Below, one piece after another: positions 44,706 through 54,251 of a DNA stretch of 64,000 nt. Location: the NCBI GenBank assembly GCA_963775955.1, contig CAVZKT010000002.1, positions 7,994-71,993 on the forward strand, written 5' to 3'. Position 1 is the stretch's first letter; every line of letters begins with the position of its first letter. The translations under genes were made by a program, and so were the position numbers. The notes beneath the pieces are model-generated. The model did no database searches and was not told the origin of the DNA. It worked only from the letters and a program-made list of their open reading frames with translations. This DNA comes from Candidatus Moraniibacteriota bacterium (GTDB lineage: Bacteria; Patescibacteriota; Minisyncoccia; Moranbacterales; UBA2206).

Positions 44706-45041
44706 TTATTTATTGATTTCTTTTAGCAGTTTTTCGATTTCATCCGCTTTGGACTCAGTCATATCGATTTTGAATTCAATCTTTGGAAGCGGTTTCATTA
44801 CGAGTTTTTTATTGAGAGCGCCCTGGATCCGGTAAAGTTCTTTCTTAAGAGTTTTGGCGGCGTAATCAATTTCTTTTTCCGGGAAAATACTTACGAATAT
44901 CCGAGTATAGCGGAGGTCGGGGGTTGTGTCAACCTTGGCGACCGTGACAAAAACACCGGGCTTTAAATCCAGTTCTCTGGCAATAATTTCGCCCAGGTGT
45001 TTTTTTATAAGCTCGTTTATTTTGAGGAGACGGTCGGACAT
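44706..45041 (-). CDS. rbfA: ribosome-binding factor A
   Basis: 111 aa, directly downstream of infB. VTVAKVDTTPDLRYTRIFVSIF. Confidence 0.85.
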   Translation of the reverse strand: MSDRLLKINELIKKHLGEIIARELDLKPGVFVTVAKVDTTPDLRYTRIFVSIFPEKEIDYAAKTLKKELYRIQGALNKKLVMKPLPKIEFKIDMTESKADEIEKLLKEINK

Positions 45042-45050
45042 ATTTTATTG

Positions 45051-46835
45051 TTATAAACTTTTTTTCTTTACCTCTTCTTTATATGAAACAAGAACATCGC
45101 CCTCTTTGATTTTCGTTTCGCCGTCAAAAGTAATTCCACATTCATTGCCGGAGGCCACTTCGTCCACATTTACTTTGTTCTGCTGAAGATTGAAAAGTTT
45201 TCCCTTGCCAATCACGGCGTCGCTCCGCATAACTTCAATGAGCGAACTGTTTGCAATTTTTCCCGAAGCAACCTTGCCGCCGACGATCATATCTTTTTTC
45301 CCGGTCTTGAAAATGGCCAGCACCTTCATTTTACCGAGATCCGTTCTTTCAATTTCCGGAGGCAGCATGGCGATCAGCTTGTTTTTAATGTCAGTCACCA
45401 GCTCGTAAATAATCTTGTAATTTTTGATTTCAACCCTGCTTGATTCGGCCAGCCGGCTTGCGACCGGGGTGGTTTCCACATTAAATCCGTAAATAATGGC
45501 GCCGGAGGCTTGCGCCAGGCGCACCTCGGATTCAGTGGTGTTTCCCACGCCGGTAGCGATGTAATGGACTGCCACTTCGTCTGATTTTATTTCAGCCAGT
45601 ATTTGTTCCACGGCTTCCAGCGATCCCTGCACGTCGGCTTTTAAAATTATATTCAGTTTTTTTATTTTTTCGTCGGCGATGGATTTGAAAAGTTTTTGCG
45701 CGGTAAAATCTCCCATCTTCCCGGTTTGGGTCTTAGAAAGACCGCGGAGCTCCTCTAATTTTGATTTAGCCGACTTTCCTGTCACTGCCTGCAAGATGTC
45801 ATTGGCATTAGGGGCGATGTTGAGGCCGATTATGGCAACCGGAGCGGAAGGTCCGGCCTCCAGAATTTTTTTTCCGGTAAAGTCCTCGATTTTTCTTACG
45901 CGGCCATGGGCGGAGCCGGCAATAATATCCTGGCCTTCTTTAAGTATTCCGGTTTTTATAAGAACAATAGCCACCGGGCCCTTGTGAGGATCAAGATGCG
46001 ATTCAAGGACTATGCCCAAAGCCGGATTTTTGCCCGCGGCTTTAAAATCTTCAACTTCGGAAACCAAAAGAATATTTTCAAGCAAGCCGTCGATGCCGAT
46101 ATTTTGTTTGGCGCTGATTTCAGAACTCAAAACCTGTCCGCCCCAGTCTTCCAGAAGAATGCCATGGTCAGCCAGATCTTTTTTGACTCTCTGGATATTG
46201 GCTTCGGGCTTGTCAATTTTGTTGATAGCGACAATAGTTGGAATTTTTTTAGCCAGCAGATACTCAATAACTTCTTTGGTTTGCGGGCGCACGCCGTCAT
46301 CGGCCGCGACAACCAAAACAGCGATGTCAGCGATGCTTACGCCGCGTTCGCGCATAGCGCTGAAAGCTTCATGTCCCGGAGTATCCACAAAAGTAATAAG
46401 CTGTCCCTTCTTTTTAACTTGATAAGCGCGGATATGCTGGGTAATGCCGCCGGCTTCTTTAGCCGCCACATTAGTTTTGCGGATGGTATCCAAAAGCGTG
46501 GTTTTTCCGTGATCAACATGTCCGAGAATAGTGACAACCGGCGGACGCGGATGCAAATTTTCTCCAGATTCCTTTTCCTTTTTTAAAATTTCCAGAAGCT
46601 TTTCCAGGGTCATGGCGGCTCCCGCCTCAATAATTTCTTCTGAAGCTTCATATCCCAAATCCTGGGCGATTATGGAAGCGGTCTCAAAATCAATTTGCTC
46701 ATTGATGGTGGCTAGAATCCCGTTTTTCATAAGTTCCGTGATCACAGTGTTAAGCGACAAGCCCAAAAGCTCGCTGAATTTTTTGACAGTGATGGTGGGA
46801 GGAAGATTTACTTTTTTCTTTTCTATTTCAGGCAT
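45051..46835 (-). CDS. infB: translation initiation factor IF-2
   Basis: RPPVVTILGHVDHGKTTLLD, DTPGHEAF, NKIDK, 594 aa. Confidence 0.95.
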   Translation of the reverse strand: MPEIEKKKVNLPPTITVKKFSELLGLSLNTVITELMKNGILATINEQIDFETASIIAQDLGYEASEEIIEAGAAMTLEKLLEILKKEKESGENLHPRPPVVTILGHVDHGKTTLLDTIRKTNVAAKEAGGITQHIRAYQVKKKGQLITFVDTPGHEAFSAMRERGVSIADIAVLVVAADDGVRPQTKEVIEYLLAKKIPTIVAINKIDKPEANIQRVKKDLADHGILLEDWGGQVLSSEISAKQNIGIDGLLENILLVSEVEDFKAAGKNPALGIVLESHLDPHKGPVAIVLIKTGILKEGQDIIAGSAHGRVRKIEDFTGKKILEAGPSAPVAIIGLNIAPNANDILQAVTGKSAKSKLEELRGLSKTQTGKMGDFTAQKLFKSIADEKIKKLNIILKADVQGSLEAVEQILAEIKSDEVAVHYIATGVGNTTESEVRLAQASGAIIYGFNVETTPVASRLAESSRVEIKNYKIIYELVTDIKNKLIAMLPPEIERTDLGKMKVLAIFKTGKKDMIVGGKVASGKIANSSLIEVMRSDAVIGKGKLFNLQQNKVNVDEVASGNECGITFDGETKIKEGDVLVSYKEEVKKKSL

Positions 46836-46850
46836 AAATATTTTATTTAA

Positions 46851-47040
46851 CTTTCTTTGGCCGCAAAGAAAGTTACAAAGAAACTCTCGAGCAGGCGAAA
46901 TATTCTAACAAATTCTGCGCTCGTTCGCTAAAATTTTTGGTTGCCCCGCTCCTCGCCCGTAGGCTACGGCCGAGGGGCGGACCTAAAATTTTTTAACGCT
47001 CTCTTGCTTGAATTTGTAATAGAATATTTTGCACGCTCGA
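46851..47040 (+). repeat. ~190-bp long-hairpin repeat, copy 3 of 3 (most diverged)
   Basis: CTTTCTTTGGCCGCAAAGAAAGTTACAAAGAAACTCTCGAGCAGGCGAAATATTCTAACAAATTCTGCGCTCGTTCGCTAAAATTTTTGGTTGCCCC... Confidence 0.75.
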
Positions 47041-47072
47041 TCTTATTTTAAAAAATATATTTTTTTGATTTT

Positions 47073-47597
47073 TCAATTTATCTTTTTCGGTTCCTGTAGC
47101 ATGGCGATTTTGATGGCCTGCTCTTCTTCTTCGGTGAGCGGATATTTTTCTGATTTTCCGGCAGCGACAGCTTTGGCATAAATCCGGGTGCCTTCGCGGG
47201 TGTATAAGGAAGAAATGATAATCCCGCTATTTTTTCCATTGAGAAGCGCAATGGCGAAGCTTTGATCTCCGCCGACTTCCTTAAAAGGATTAAAACGTAC
47301 CAGTCCGGTTTTATGCAATCCGCGGAATGATAAGCTGTTTATTTGATTGGAAATTCCATAAAGCTCCTGAATTTCTTTGTCCAAAGTTTTAAGACTCCCG
47401 GCCTGATTCAGGAGGATTTCTTCCAAGTTTTTAATCTTATTTCCGGAAAAAAGCAAATTGTTCTTCTTTTTAATTCTTGAGATGCCGACCTGCAGGAAAA
47501 TATTCCAAAGCAGAATAACGCCGGAAACAGCGGCTAAGGCGATAATAATATTTTCTGAATTGTTTTTGATTAGTTCCACCCCATTAGAGTTTTCCAA
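47073..47597 (-). CDS. DUF4446-like membrane-anchored protein
   Basis: N-terminal TM. GLVRFNPFKEVGGDQSFAIALLNGKNSGIIISSLYTREGTRIYAKAV. Confidence 0.6.
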   Translation of the reverse strand: MENSNGVELIKNNSENIIIALAAVSGVILLWNIFLQVGISRIKKKNNLLFSGNKIKNLEEILLNQAGSLKTLDKEIQELYGISNQINSLSFRGLHKTGLVRFNPFKEVGGDQSFAIALLNGKNSGIIISSLYTREGTRIYAKAVAAGKSEKYPLTEEEEQAIKIAMLQEPKKIN

Positions 47598-47642
47598 AAT
47601 TATGAAAAATAATATTGGAATCGTAAAAATAATTAGACGCAG

Positions 47643-47676
47643 CCCCGTTTTAAATTAGATAAAAGCTCTAACGGGG
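47643..47676. repeat. short CCCCGTT...TCTAACGGGG hairpin (truncated member of the family)
   Basis: CCCCGTTTTAAATTAGATAAAAGCTCTAACGGGG, 45 nt upstream of the minus-strand gene start at 47597. Confidence 0.65.
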
Positions 47677-47749
47677 TCCATATCCGGCCTAAATAAAAAA
47701 TTGCGCTTATTCCAGGCTAGCATTAACTTTGGCTTGTGTAAACCTTTTG

Positions 47750-47836
47750 CGGAAGAGGTGAGATTCGAACTCACGAAGAGATTTCTCCCTTACGGCTTTT
47801 CGAGAGCCGCGCCTTCAACCACTCGGCCACTCTTCC
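47750..47836 (-). tRNA. tRNA-Ser(CGA)
   Basis: Minus strand GGAAGAG-TG-GCCG...CGGCT-CTCGAAA-AGCCG, long variable arm, GTGAG-TTCGAAT-CTCAC-CTCTTCC-G. Confidence 0.88.
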
Positions 47837-48002
47837 TAATATTTTTTAAAAACTTTTTTCACAAACCCACCCACCGCCTTTGGCGGGGCCCCGCTTTAGC
47901 GGTGGTCTGCCAACCCTCCATACCATTAAATCTATAAAAAATCGCAGCTATTGGCAAATGTCTGGCGGGCTATTTGGTGAATTTGGATTTTTGTTGTAAA
48001 AT

Positions 48003-48560
48003 ATGGATATGGAGAACAACTCAACTTTTGACGTAAAATTTCTTAATCCGCAAGCGGTGATTGACCAGCTGGATATCCGGGATGGAATGAAAATTGCGGA
48101 CTTCGGTTGCGGAGCCGGACATTTTTCTGTGGTGGCGGCTAAAAAAGTCGGGGAAAAAGGAGTGGTTTTTGCAATTGACATTTTGCCTGAGAAACTGGAA
48201 ACAGTGCAGAGCCAGGCAAAAAATTTGAGCCTTACTAATATTTTGGTCAAACGGGAAAATTTGGAGCTGGAAAACGGCTCCAAATTGCCGGACAAAAGCG
48301 TTGATTGGGTAATAATTAAAGATATGCTTTACCAGAATAAAGAAAAAGGAAAAATTCTCTCTGAGGCCAAAAAAATTCTGGCGGAAAAAGGAAAAATTTT
48401 AGTGGTGGAATGGATAATAGAAGACACTTCTATCGGTCCCTCAAAAGAATTGCGCATCAGCAAAGACGACTTGATAGATTTGGCGCAAAAAAACGGGCTG
48501 GGAGTTCTTAAGGAAGTCAGCGCGGGCGATTTTCATTATGGGCTGGTGCTTATAAAGTAG
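48003..48560 (+). CDS. class I SAM-dependent methyltransferase
   Basis: IADFGCGAGHFS motif I, 185 aa. Confidence 0.7.
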   Translation: MDMENNSTFDVKFLNPQAVIDQLDIRDGMKIADFGCGAGHFSVVAAKKVGEKGVVFAIDILPEKLETVQSQAKNLSLTNILVKRENLELENGSKLPDKSVDWVIIKDMLYQNKEKGKILSEAKKILAEKGKILVVEWIIEDTSIGPSKELRISKDDLIDLAQKNGLGVLKEVSAGDFHYGLVLIK

Positions 48561-48578
48561 AAAGTATAAAGCAGATTA

Positions 48579-49990
48579 ATGTTAATAAATACAAAAACTA
48601 AATTAGTTCTATCTATTCTTGCGTTGAGCGGCATTTTGCTTTTGGGCGGATGCGGGTGCAAGCAGACCAATCCAAATAAATACAGCCTGAAACTTGAAGT
48701 TTGGGGGCTTTTTGACAACCAGGAAGCATTTGGCGATATTATTGAAAATTACAAGCGGATTAATCCCAATATTGCCGATATCAGCTATAAAAAGTTGGCA
48801 CCGGACACTTATGAAAAAGACCTGGTTGAAGCGCTGGCTTCCGGGCAGGGGCCTGATATATTTTTAATTCAAAACAACTGGCTGCCCAGCTTCACGGACA
48901 AGTTAGCGCCGGCTCCGGCTAATATCCTAACCGAACAAAAGTTCCGCAATGATTTTGTGGATGTGGCGGCTAATGATTTTTTGAACCAAGGCAAGATTTA
49001 CGCCGTGCCCTTGAGCGTGGATACATTAGGGCTTTACTATAACAAGGATCTTTTCAATGAAGCCGGGATAACCGCCCCTCCTAAAAACTGGACGGAATTT
49101 ATGGATGACGTGAGAAGGCTAACTCGCTTGGGAAAAAGCGGGGAGGTGATCCGCTCGGGAGCGGCTATTGGCACTGCCTACAATATTAACCGCTCAACAG
49201 ACATTCTTAACTTACTAATGCTTCAAAACGGGACAGAAATGGTCAATGGCCAGGTTGGCCGGGCGCTTTTTGACCAGGTTGTGAAAAATGGCGATCAAAG
49301 CATGTCTCCTGGAGAAAACGCTCTTAATTTTTACACTCAATTTGCGGAAAACAGTTCTTCGGTTTATTGCTGGAATCCAAGAATGCATTATTCCATTGAT
49401 GCTTTCAGCGAGGGTGCGGCGGCTATGATGCTTAATTATTCCTGGCACATAGACACTGTTTCAGCCAAATCCCCCAAGCTTAACTTTGCCGTGGCGCCCG
49501 TTCCCCAGCTGCCGAATATGCCGGCCGTGAACTATGCCAACTACTGGGGCTACGCGGTGGCGAAAAACAAAAAATCAGCAGATGTCTCTAACCCGAATCA
49601 GACGCCGGTGGCGGATGATATTCGCACGGGCGAAGCCTGGAAATTTCTGGTCTTTTTTGCCACCAGGCCGGAAGCGGCTATGAATATTTCTGCGAATGTA
49701 GCCGGCCAGCAAAAGACAATGACAACCAATTTTGATCCGGCTGTCAGTTATCTTGAAAAAACCAGAAAGCCGGCGGCCCGGCGGGATCTTATTGAAATCC
49801 AGAAAAATGATCCCAAAATCGGAATATTCGCGGCGCAGAATCTTTTCGCCAAAAGCTGGTATGAAACCGATCCGAATGCCATTGAAGCATTTTTGCCGAG
49901 ATGATAGACAAGGTGAACCGCGGAGCCGGAACTCCTGCCGATGTTATCCGGGCGGCGGCTTCGCAAGTGAATGTGATTATGAATCGGTGA
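48579..49990 (+). CDS. ABC-transporter extracellular solute-binding lipoprotein (frameshift near 49895)
   Basis: Lipobox LLLGGCGC. The family-1 SBP-like body and the tail EMIDKVNRGAGTPADVIRAAASQVNVIMNR are in different frames. Confidence 0.7.
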
Positions 49991-50047
49991 TTTAAAAATA
50001 CAAATTTGAAATTTTTAATTTTTAAATAAACTAAATTTTTAAACAAA

Positions 50048-50989
50048 ATGAGAAATAAAAATTACATAATAGTTGCGCTTTTGGCTTGTGGATTGTTTGC
50101 TGTTGGCAACAGGGCAATCGCAGCGGATTGCATGAGCGAACTAAAAGGCAGTTGCACCTCAATAACTACATGCACTGGGTCAGGCAAAAAATTTGTCGAT
50201 GCTACCGGCTGTCCCAAGGATACTTACTGTTGTGTTGCGCAAAGTTCATCTGGAGGGGTTTGCAGCGGATCATGTATAACCAAAGAAATCTGTGACAATA
50301 ATGGGGGAACGGTGGATGAAACTGCCAGTTGTGAGGAATCCTATGTTTGCTGCGTGGTAAAATCTCAAATTTCTCCAGTTGTTAATCCATCAGAAAATAA
50401 TATAGAGAGTAACGGTACGCAAACCGAGCAAACAACAACGCCGGCGGCCAGCAATAAGGATATAACTTTCCCCAACCCGATCAAGGCTTCAACGATGAGC
50501 GAGTTTTTGGGCAATGTTCTCAACGCGCTTTTGGGAGTAGTGGCTTTTATTTCTCTTATTTTTATTATCATCGGCGCGGTGATGTATATGCTTTCCGCCG
50601 GCAATGAGCAAAATATTGAACGCGCCAAAAAAACCATCACCGGCGCAGTGGTGGGACTAGCAATCGCGGCGGCAGCTCCGACTTTTCTCAAAGAAATAAA
50701 AAAGATCCTGGGCGGGGCCAGCGGCACGAACGCGGATGATATTGTGAATAAAGCCTATACGCTCAAAGACATCGCCATTAACGTGCTCAACTTCTTATTG
50801 GCGGTTACCGGGATTGTTGCTATAATTGGTTTGATAGTCGGGGCGATATTTTATCTGACTTCCTATGGCGACGAAGAGCGGATGGAAAAAGGCAAGAAAA
50901 TTTTAGTGGCTTCAATTATCGGAATCGTTATCGCTTTTTCCTCGCTGGTGATTGTCCGGCAAGTGGCTAAATTAATAGCGGCGCAGTAG
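50048..50989 (+). CDS. secreted Cys-rich protein with two VirB2/TrbC-like pilin domains (paralog 1)
   Basis: Signal peptide, two C..C..C..CCV modules, then two repeats of helix-(SAGNEQNIERAKK / SYGDEERMEKGKK)-helix. Confidence 0.65.
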   Translation: MRNKNYIIVALLACGLFAVGNRAIAADCMSELKGSCTSITTCTGSGKKFVDATGCPKDTYCCVAQSSSGGVCSGSCITKEICDNNGGTVDETASCEESYVCCVVKSQISPVVNPSENNIESNGTQTEQTTTPAASNKDITFPNPIKASTMSEFLGNVLNALLGVVAFISLIFIIIGAVMYMLSAGNEQNIERAKKTITGAVVGLAIAAAAPTFLKEIKKILGGASGTNADDIVNKAYTLKDIAINVLNFLLAVTGIVAIIGLIVGAIFYLTSYGDEERMEKGKKILVASIIGIVIAFSSLVIVRQVAKLIAAQ

Positions 50990-51109
50990 GATTAGTATTT
51001 AGTATGGAGTATTAAGAATAATTTAAAATAAAAATAAAAATTCACCCTGTTGAGTAATCCGCCTGAGGCGGATTACTCAACAGGGTAAAGCTAGAAAGGC
51101 TGGTGAAAT

Positions 51110-51466
51110 ATGAAAAATAAAATTAAATCAATAGCGGCATCCGCATCAGTGGCGATCTTGACAATTCCGGCGCTGGCCATGGCCCAATTCCAGTCTCCAT
51201 CCGGAACAAATCTTCCAACAGGTTCAATTTCAGGAATCGTTAAGAATATTATGAACTGGATACTGGGAATTGTGGGAATTTTAGGCGTTATCGGCTTTGC
51301 CATCGCGGGCATTCTGTATCTCACCGCGGCCGGAGATGAAGACAGGATTGCGACGGCCAAGAAGGCAATGACTTGGGCAATCGTGGGCGTGGTAGTGGCC
51401 CTTCTCGGGCTGGTTATTCTTAAGGCGGCGGAATCAATGCTGGGCGGATCATCAACGACATTTTAG
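51110..51466 (+). CDS. VirB2/TrbC-like pilin (paralog 2)
   Basis: Signal peptide ...ALAMA. IMNWILGIVGILGVIGFAIAGILYLTAAGDEDRIATAKKAMTWAIVGVVVALLGLVIL. Confidence 0.65.
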   Translation: MKNKIKSIAASASVAILTIPALAMAQFQSPSGTNLPTGSISGIVKNIMNWILGIVGILGVIGFAIAGILYLTAAGDEDRIATAKKAMTWAIVGVVVALLGLVILKAAESMLGGSSTTF

Positions 51467-51558
51467 GGCACTCAAATAAACAGATATATATCAAACAAAA
51501 GCGACTTAAGGTTATCCACAGGTCGTTTTTGTTTATTTGTGGAATATTTTTGAAATTG

Positions 51559-51567
51559 TGGTATAAT
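51559..51567 (+). promoter_or_regulatory. extended -10 element TGGTATAAT upstream of pilin paralog 3
   Basis: TTGTGGTATAATAT, followed by heptad words CATGTAG/CGTAAAA/CATGGAA/CATAAAA. Confidence 0.4.
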
Positions 51568-51639
51568 ATATTCACGAAGCATGTAGCGTAAAACATGGAA
51601 CATAAAACAATAAAGTAAATAATAAATAATAAAATAAAT

Positions 51640-52041
51640 ATGAATAAAAAAGTTATCAGTCTTTTAATTCTCTCGTTAATATTAATTCCGTCGGTTGCTT
51701 TAGCGGCGACGGACTGGGGATTTTCCCTTAGTATTGGCAGCGGTTCTGGCGGAGGCGGATGGAACGTAGGAAACTTTACCGGCTTCGGCCTGCCAGCCGG
51801 CTCTATTACCGGAATATTTTTAAATATCCTGCTTTGGATCTTGTATATTTTCGGCATCCTGGGCGTCATCGGGTTTGTGATTTCCGGCATACTTTATCTG
51901 ACTGCGGCCGGCAATGAAGACCGGATGGCGTCGGCTAAGCGCGCCCTGTTTTATTCCATTATTGGCGTGGTAGTCGGGCTCTTGGGCGTGGTTATTTTGC
52001 AGGCAGTCGATCTGGCGCTGAACAGCGTGTCCAGCTTCTAA
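51640..52041 (+). CDS. VirB2/TrbC-like pilin (paralog 3)
   Basis: Signal peptide. FLNILLWILYIFGILGVIGFVISGILYLTAAGNEDRMASAKRALFYSIIGVVVGLLGVVIL. Confidence 0.65.
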   Translation: MNKKVISLLILSLILIPSVALAATDWGFSLSIGSGSGGGGWNVGNFTGFGLPAGSITGIFLNILLWILYIFGILGVIGFVISGILYLTAAGNEDRMASAKRALFYSIIGVVVGLLGVVILQAVDLALNSVSSF

Positions 52042-52120
52042 ATTGTTAATTGCCAAAGTGCTAAATGGCTATGAATATAAACAATTTAACCATTTAATAA
52101 TTTAGCCATAAAGTATATTT

Positions 52121-52809
52121 ATGCAACATAAAAAAGTATTTTTTCTTACAATTTTTGTTTAGCTTTTCTTTTTTCAATCAATTTTGTTTTCGCGCAGACT
52201 TGCAGCGATCCGATTGATCCAACGAGTGAAACGGGGCGGTGCCTTTCCACGTGCGATTCGGCCACGGAACATGAGATTTCCGGAACTTGCATGGGGCAGG
52301 TTTGCTGCGCGTCCGAATCCTTCGGGTGATATCCCAAGCATTTCCGTAAAAAGGCGATGATGGGAGCTGCAGCCTCTCATCGGAACTTGTTGCAAACGGC
52401 CATTGAGGTGTTATGCAGATTCTGGGGCTGCGCAGGCACTTGTCAGTCAGTGAGCTACTCCGGCGATACTGCTCCGGCAGAATCTTCCGGACTTCCGGCT
52501 GCTTCCTCCGGGACTGCTAGCGGAGGCTGGAGTTTGGGCAGTATTAATAGCTTTGGACTGCCGGGCGGTTCGGTAATGGGTATTGCGGTTAATGTTTTGA
52601 TTTGGATACTGGGGATTTTCGGAATCATCGGAATCATCGGTTTTCTCATTTCCGGCATTATCTATCTTACCGCGGCGGGCGATGAAGATCGCATGGCATA
52701 CGCCAAGCGGGCGATGCAATATTCCATCATCGGCGTGATTGTGGGGCTGGTCGGATTCGTGGTTATCCAGGCGATAGATTACGCGTTGAACGCATATTCA
52801 AGTTTTTAA
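52121..52809 (+). pseudogene. Cys-rich + VirB2/TrbC-like pilin (paralog 4), disrupted (frameshift about 52155, in-frame TGA 52327-52329)
   Basis: MQHKKVFFLTIFV* / LAFLFSINFVFAQTCSDPIDPTSETGRCLSTCDSATEHEISGTCMGQVCCASESFG* / ...VLIWILGIFGIIGIIGFLISGIIYLTAAGDEDRMAYAKRAMQYSIIGVIVGLVGFVVI. Confidence 0.55.
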
Positions 52810-52868
52810 GATCCCTACGAATATACGAATAATTTTGGAAATAAATTTTTTATAAAACTAAAAACATT

Positions 52869-53597
52869 ATGGCAAACAAAAAAATATTATTTTTAACGCT
52901 AATTTGTGGAGTAGTTTTATTTTTAGCGGGTAGCTACAATGCTTATGCGGACTGCGCCGGTTGTATGCAGGACTGTAATAATAACAATATCAACGCAGAC
53001 GTGCCAACTGATTGTGATGCGCAGTGCTTAACTCAGTGCGCCACCTCTGCCACCTCTAGTAATCCATGTTTCAACAAAACAAACGGGTTTTCCTGCACGG
53101 CGGACGGGGGAGGTGCCGGCTCTTGTTATGGCGAGATTTGCATTCGATGCGGACAAGCAGGAGATAGTTGTGAGGATAATTGCTGTTCCGGACTGGAATG
53201 TGTTTCTTCACAATGTGTGAGTGCTACATCTACGCCAGGTGCTACGCCCCAGACTCCTGTGGCTACGCCAGGAGCAAATCCAAACAATTCCTCGGTACAA
53301 CCTTCCGGAACAGGAATTGTAATTCCCACAGGAACTGGTCTGCCTGATCCTTCCGGCGGAATCGCCCAAATTGTCCGCAATCTTCTGACCTGGCTTTTGG
53401 GAATCGTGGGTGTGATTGCGATCATTGGGTTTGTAATTTCCGGCATTCAGTATTTGACTTCGGCGGGCGATGAAGATCGGATGAAATCGGCCAAAAGAAA
53501 TATGCTTTATGCCATTATCGGCGTGGTGGTGGTTCTGTCATCTTATGTCATCATTCAGGCGATTCAATACGCGTTGGAGGCGAAATCAATGTTTTAA
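52869..53597 (+). CDS. secreted Cys-rich + VirB2/TrbC-like pilin (paralog 5)
   Basis: Signal peptide, 17-Cys N-domain, Pro/Thr linker, LLTWLLGIVGVIAIIGFVISGIQYLTSAGDEDRMKSAKRNMLYAIIGVVVVLSSYVII. Confidence 0.65.
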   Translation: MANKKILFLTLICGVVLFLAGSYNAYADCAGCMQDCNNNNINADVPTDCDAQCLTQCATSATSSNPCFNKTNGFSCTADGGGAGSCYGEICIRCGQAGDSCEDNCCSGLECVSSQCVSATSTPGATPQTPVATPGANPNNSSVQPSGTGIVIPTGTGLPDPSGGIAQIVRNLLTWLLGIVGVIAIIGFVISGIQYLTSAGDEDRMKSAKRNMLYAIIGVVVVLSSYVIIQAIQYALEAKSMF

Positions 53598-53654
53598 TCC
53601 TGTAGCCTGAAACCTGGAACCCAAAACCAAAATTTTATAACACTTGAAAAATAT

Positions 53655-53686
53655 AAAAGCACCAGTTGTTAAAACATGGTGCTTTT
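53655..53686. terminator. bidirectional hairpin terminator between convergent operons
   Basis: AAAAGCACCAGTTGTTAAAACATGGTGCTTTT. Confidence 0.65.
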
Positions 53687-53723
53687 CTTCCCCTTTCTTT
53701 TTCTGAAATTTTTCGGATTTTTT

Positions 53724-54251
53724 TTATGATATTTTTTTGACAGTTATTACGCCAGATCCAAAAGAACTATCAAAATGACCAGATCCGAATACTTTGCCAT
53801 TTTTTGATTCAAAGCGTAATTCGGAAATTATCCACTGCATATCTTCATATGCGGGTGGACGTTTTTCCTCTAAAAGAGTACCGCTAAATATATTCGGAGC
53901 AGTCTCATTCAGTTCCAGCACAAGCTTTCTGCCATCAGGATATGTTGATTTACTTATGATGTTTGTGTCTGGCCACAGATCGAAATTTGAGCAAGAAGTA
54001 TTTTGGCAAACCTGAAATCTTCCAGACAAGTTGACTTTTTCCGGTTCCGGCGCTACGGCTGTAATTTGCGCGGCCGGTGCCGGCGCAGGCATGGGAATTG
54101 GATTGTAACCGGCTGACCTTACGCCTGCCGGTTCTTTCTCATACTTCCACATAATATTTTTGGAAGCAATCCATCCACGGCGGTTTTTTCCGATAGGGTC
54201 TCCAAACTCATTCGGCAGAACAACCGGAAGTCGTCCGATTGCGTCTTTCAT
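53724..54251 (-). CDS. hypothetical protein
   Basis: 175-aa ORF. Overlaps the upstream gene by 44 nt, so it could be fused to it through an indel. Confidence 0.45.
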   Translation of the reverse strand: MKDAIGRLPVVLPNEFGDPIGKNRRGWIASKNIMWKYEKEPAGVRSAGYNPIPMPAPAPAAQITAVAPEPEKVNLSGRFQVCQNTSCSNFDLWPDTNIISKSTYPDGRKLVLELNETAPNIFSGTLLEEKRPPAYEDMQWIISELRFESKNGKVFGSGHFDSSFGSGVITVKKIS

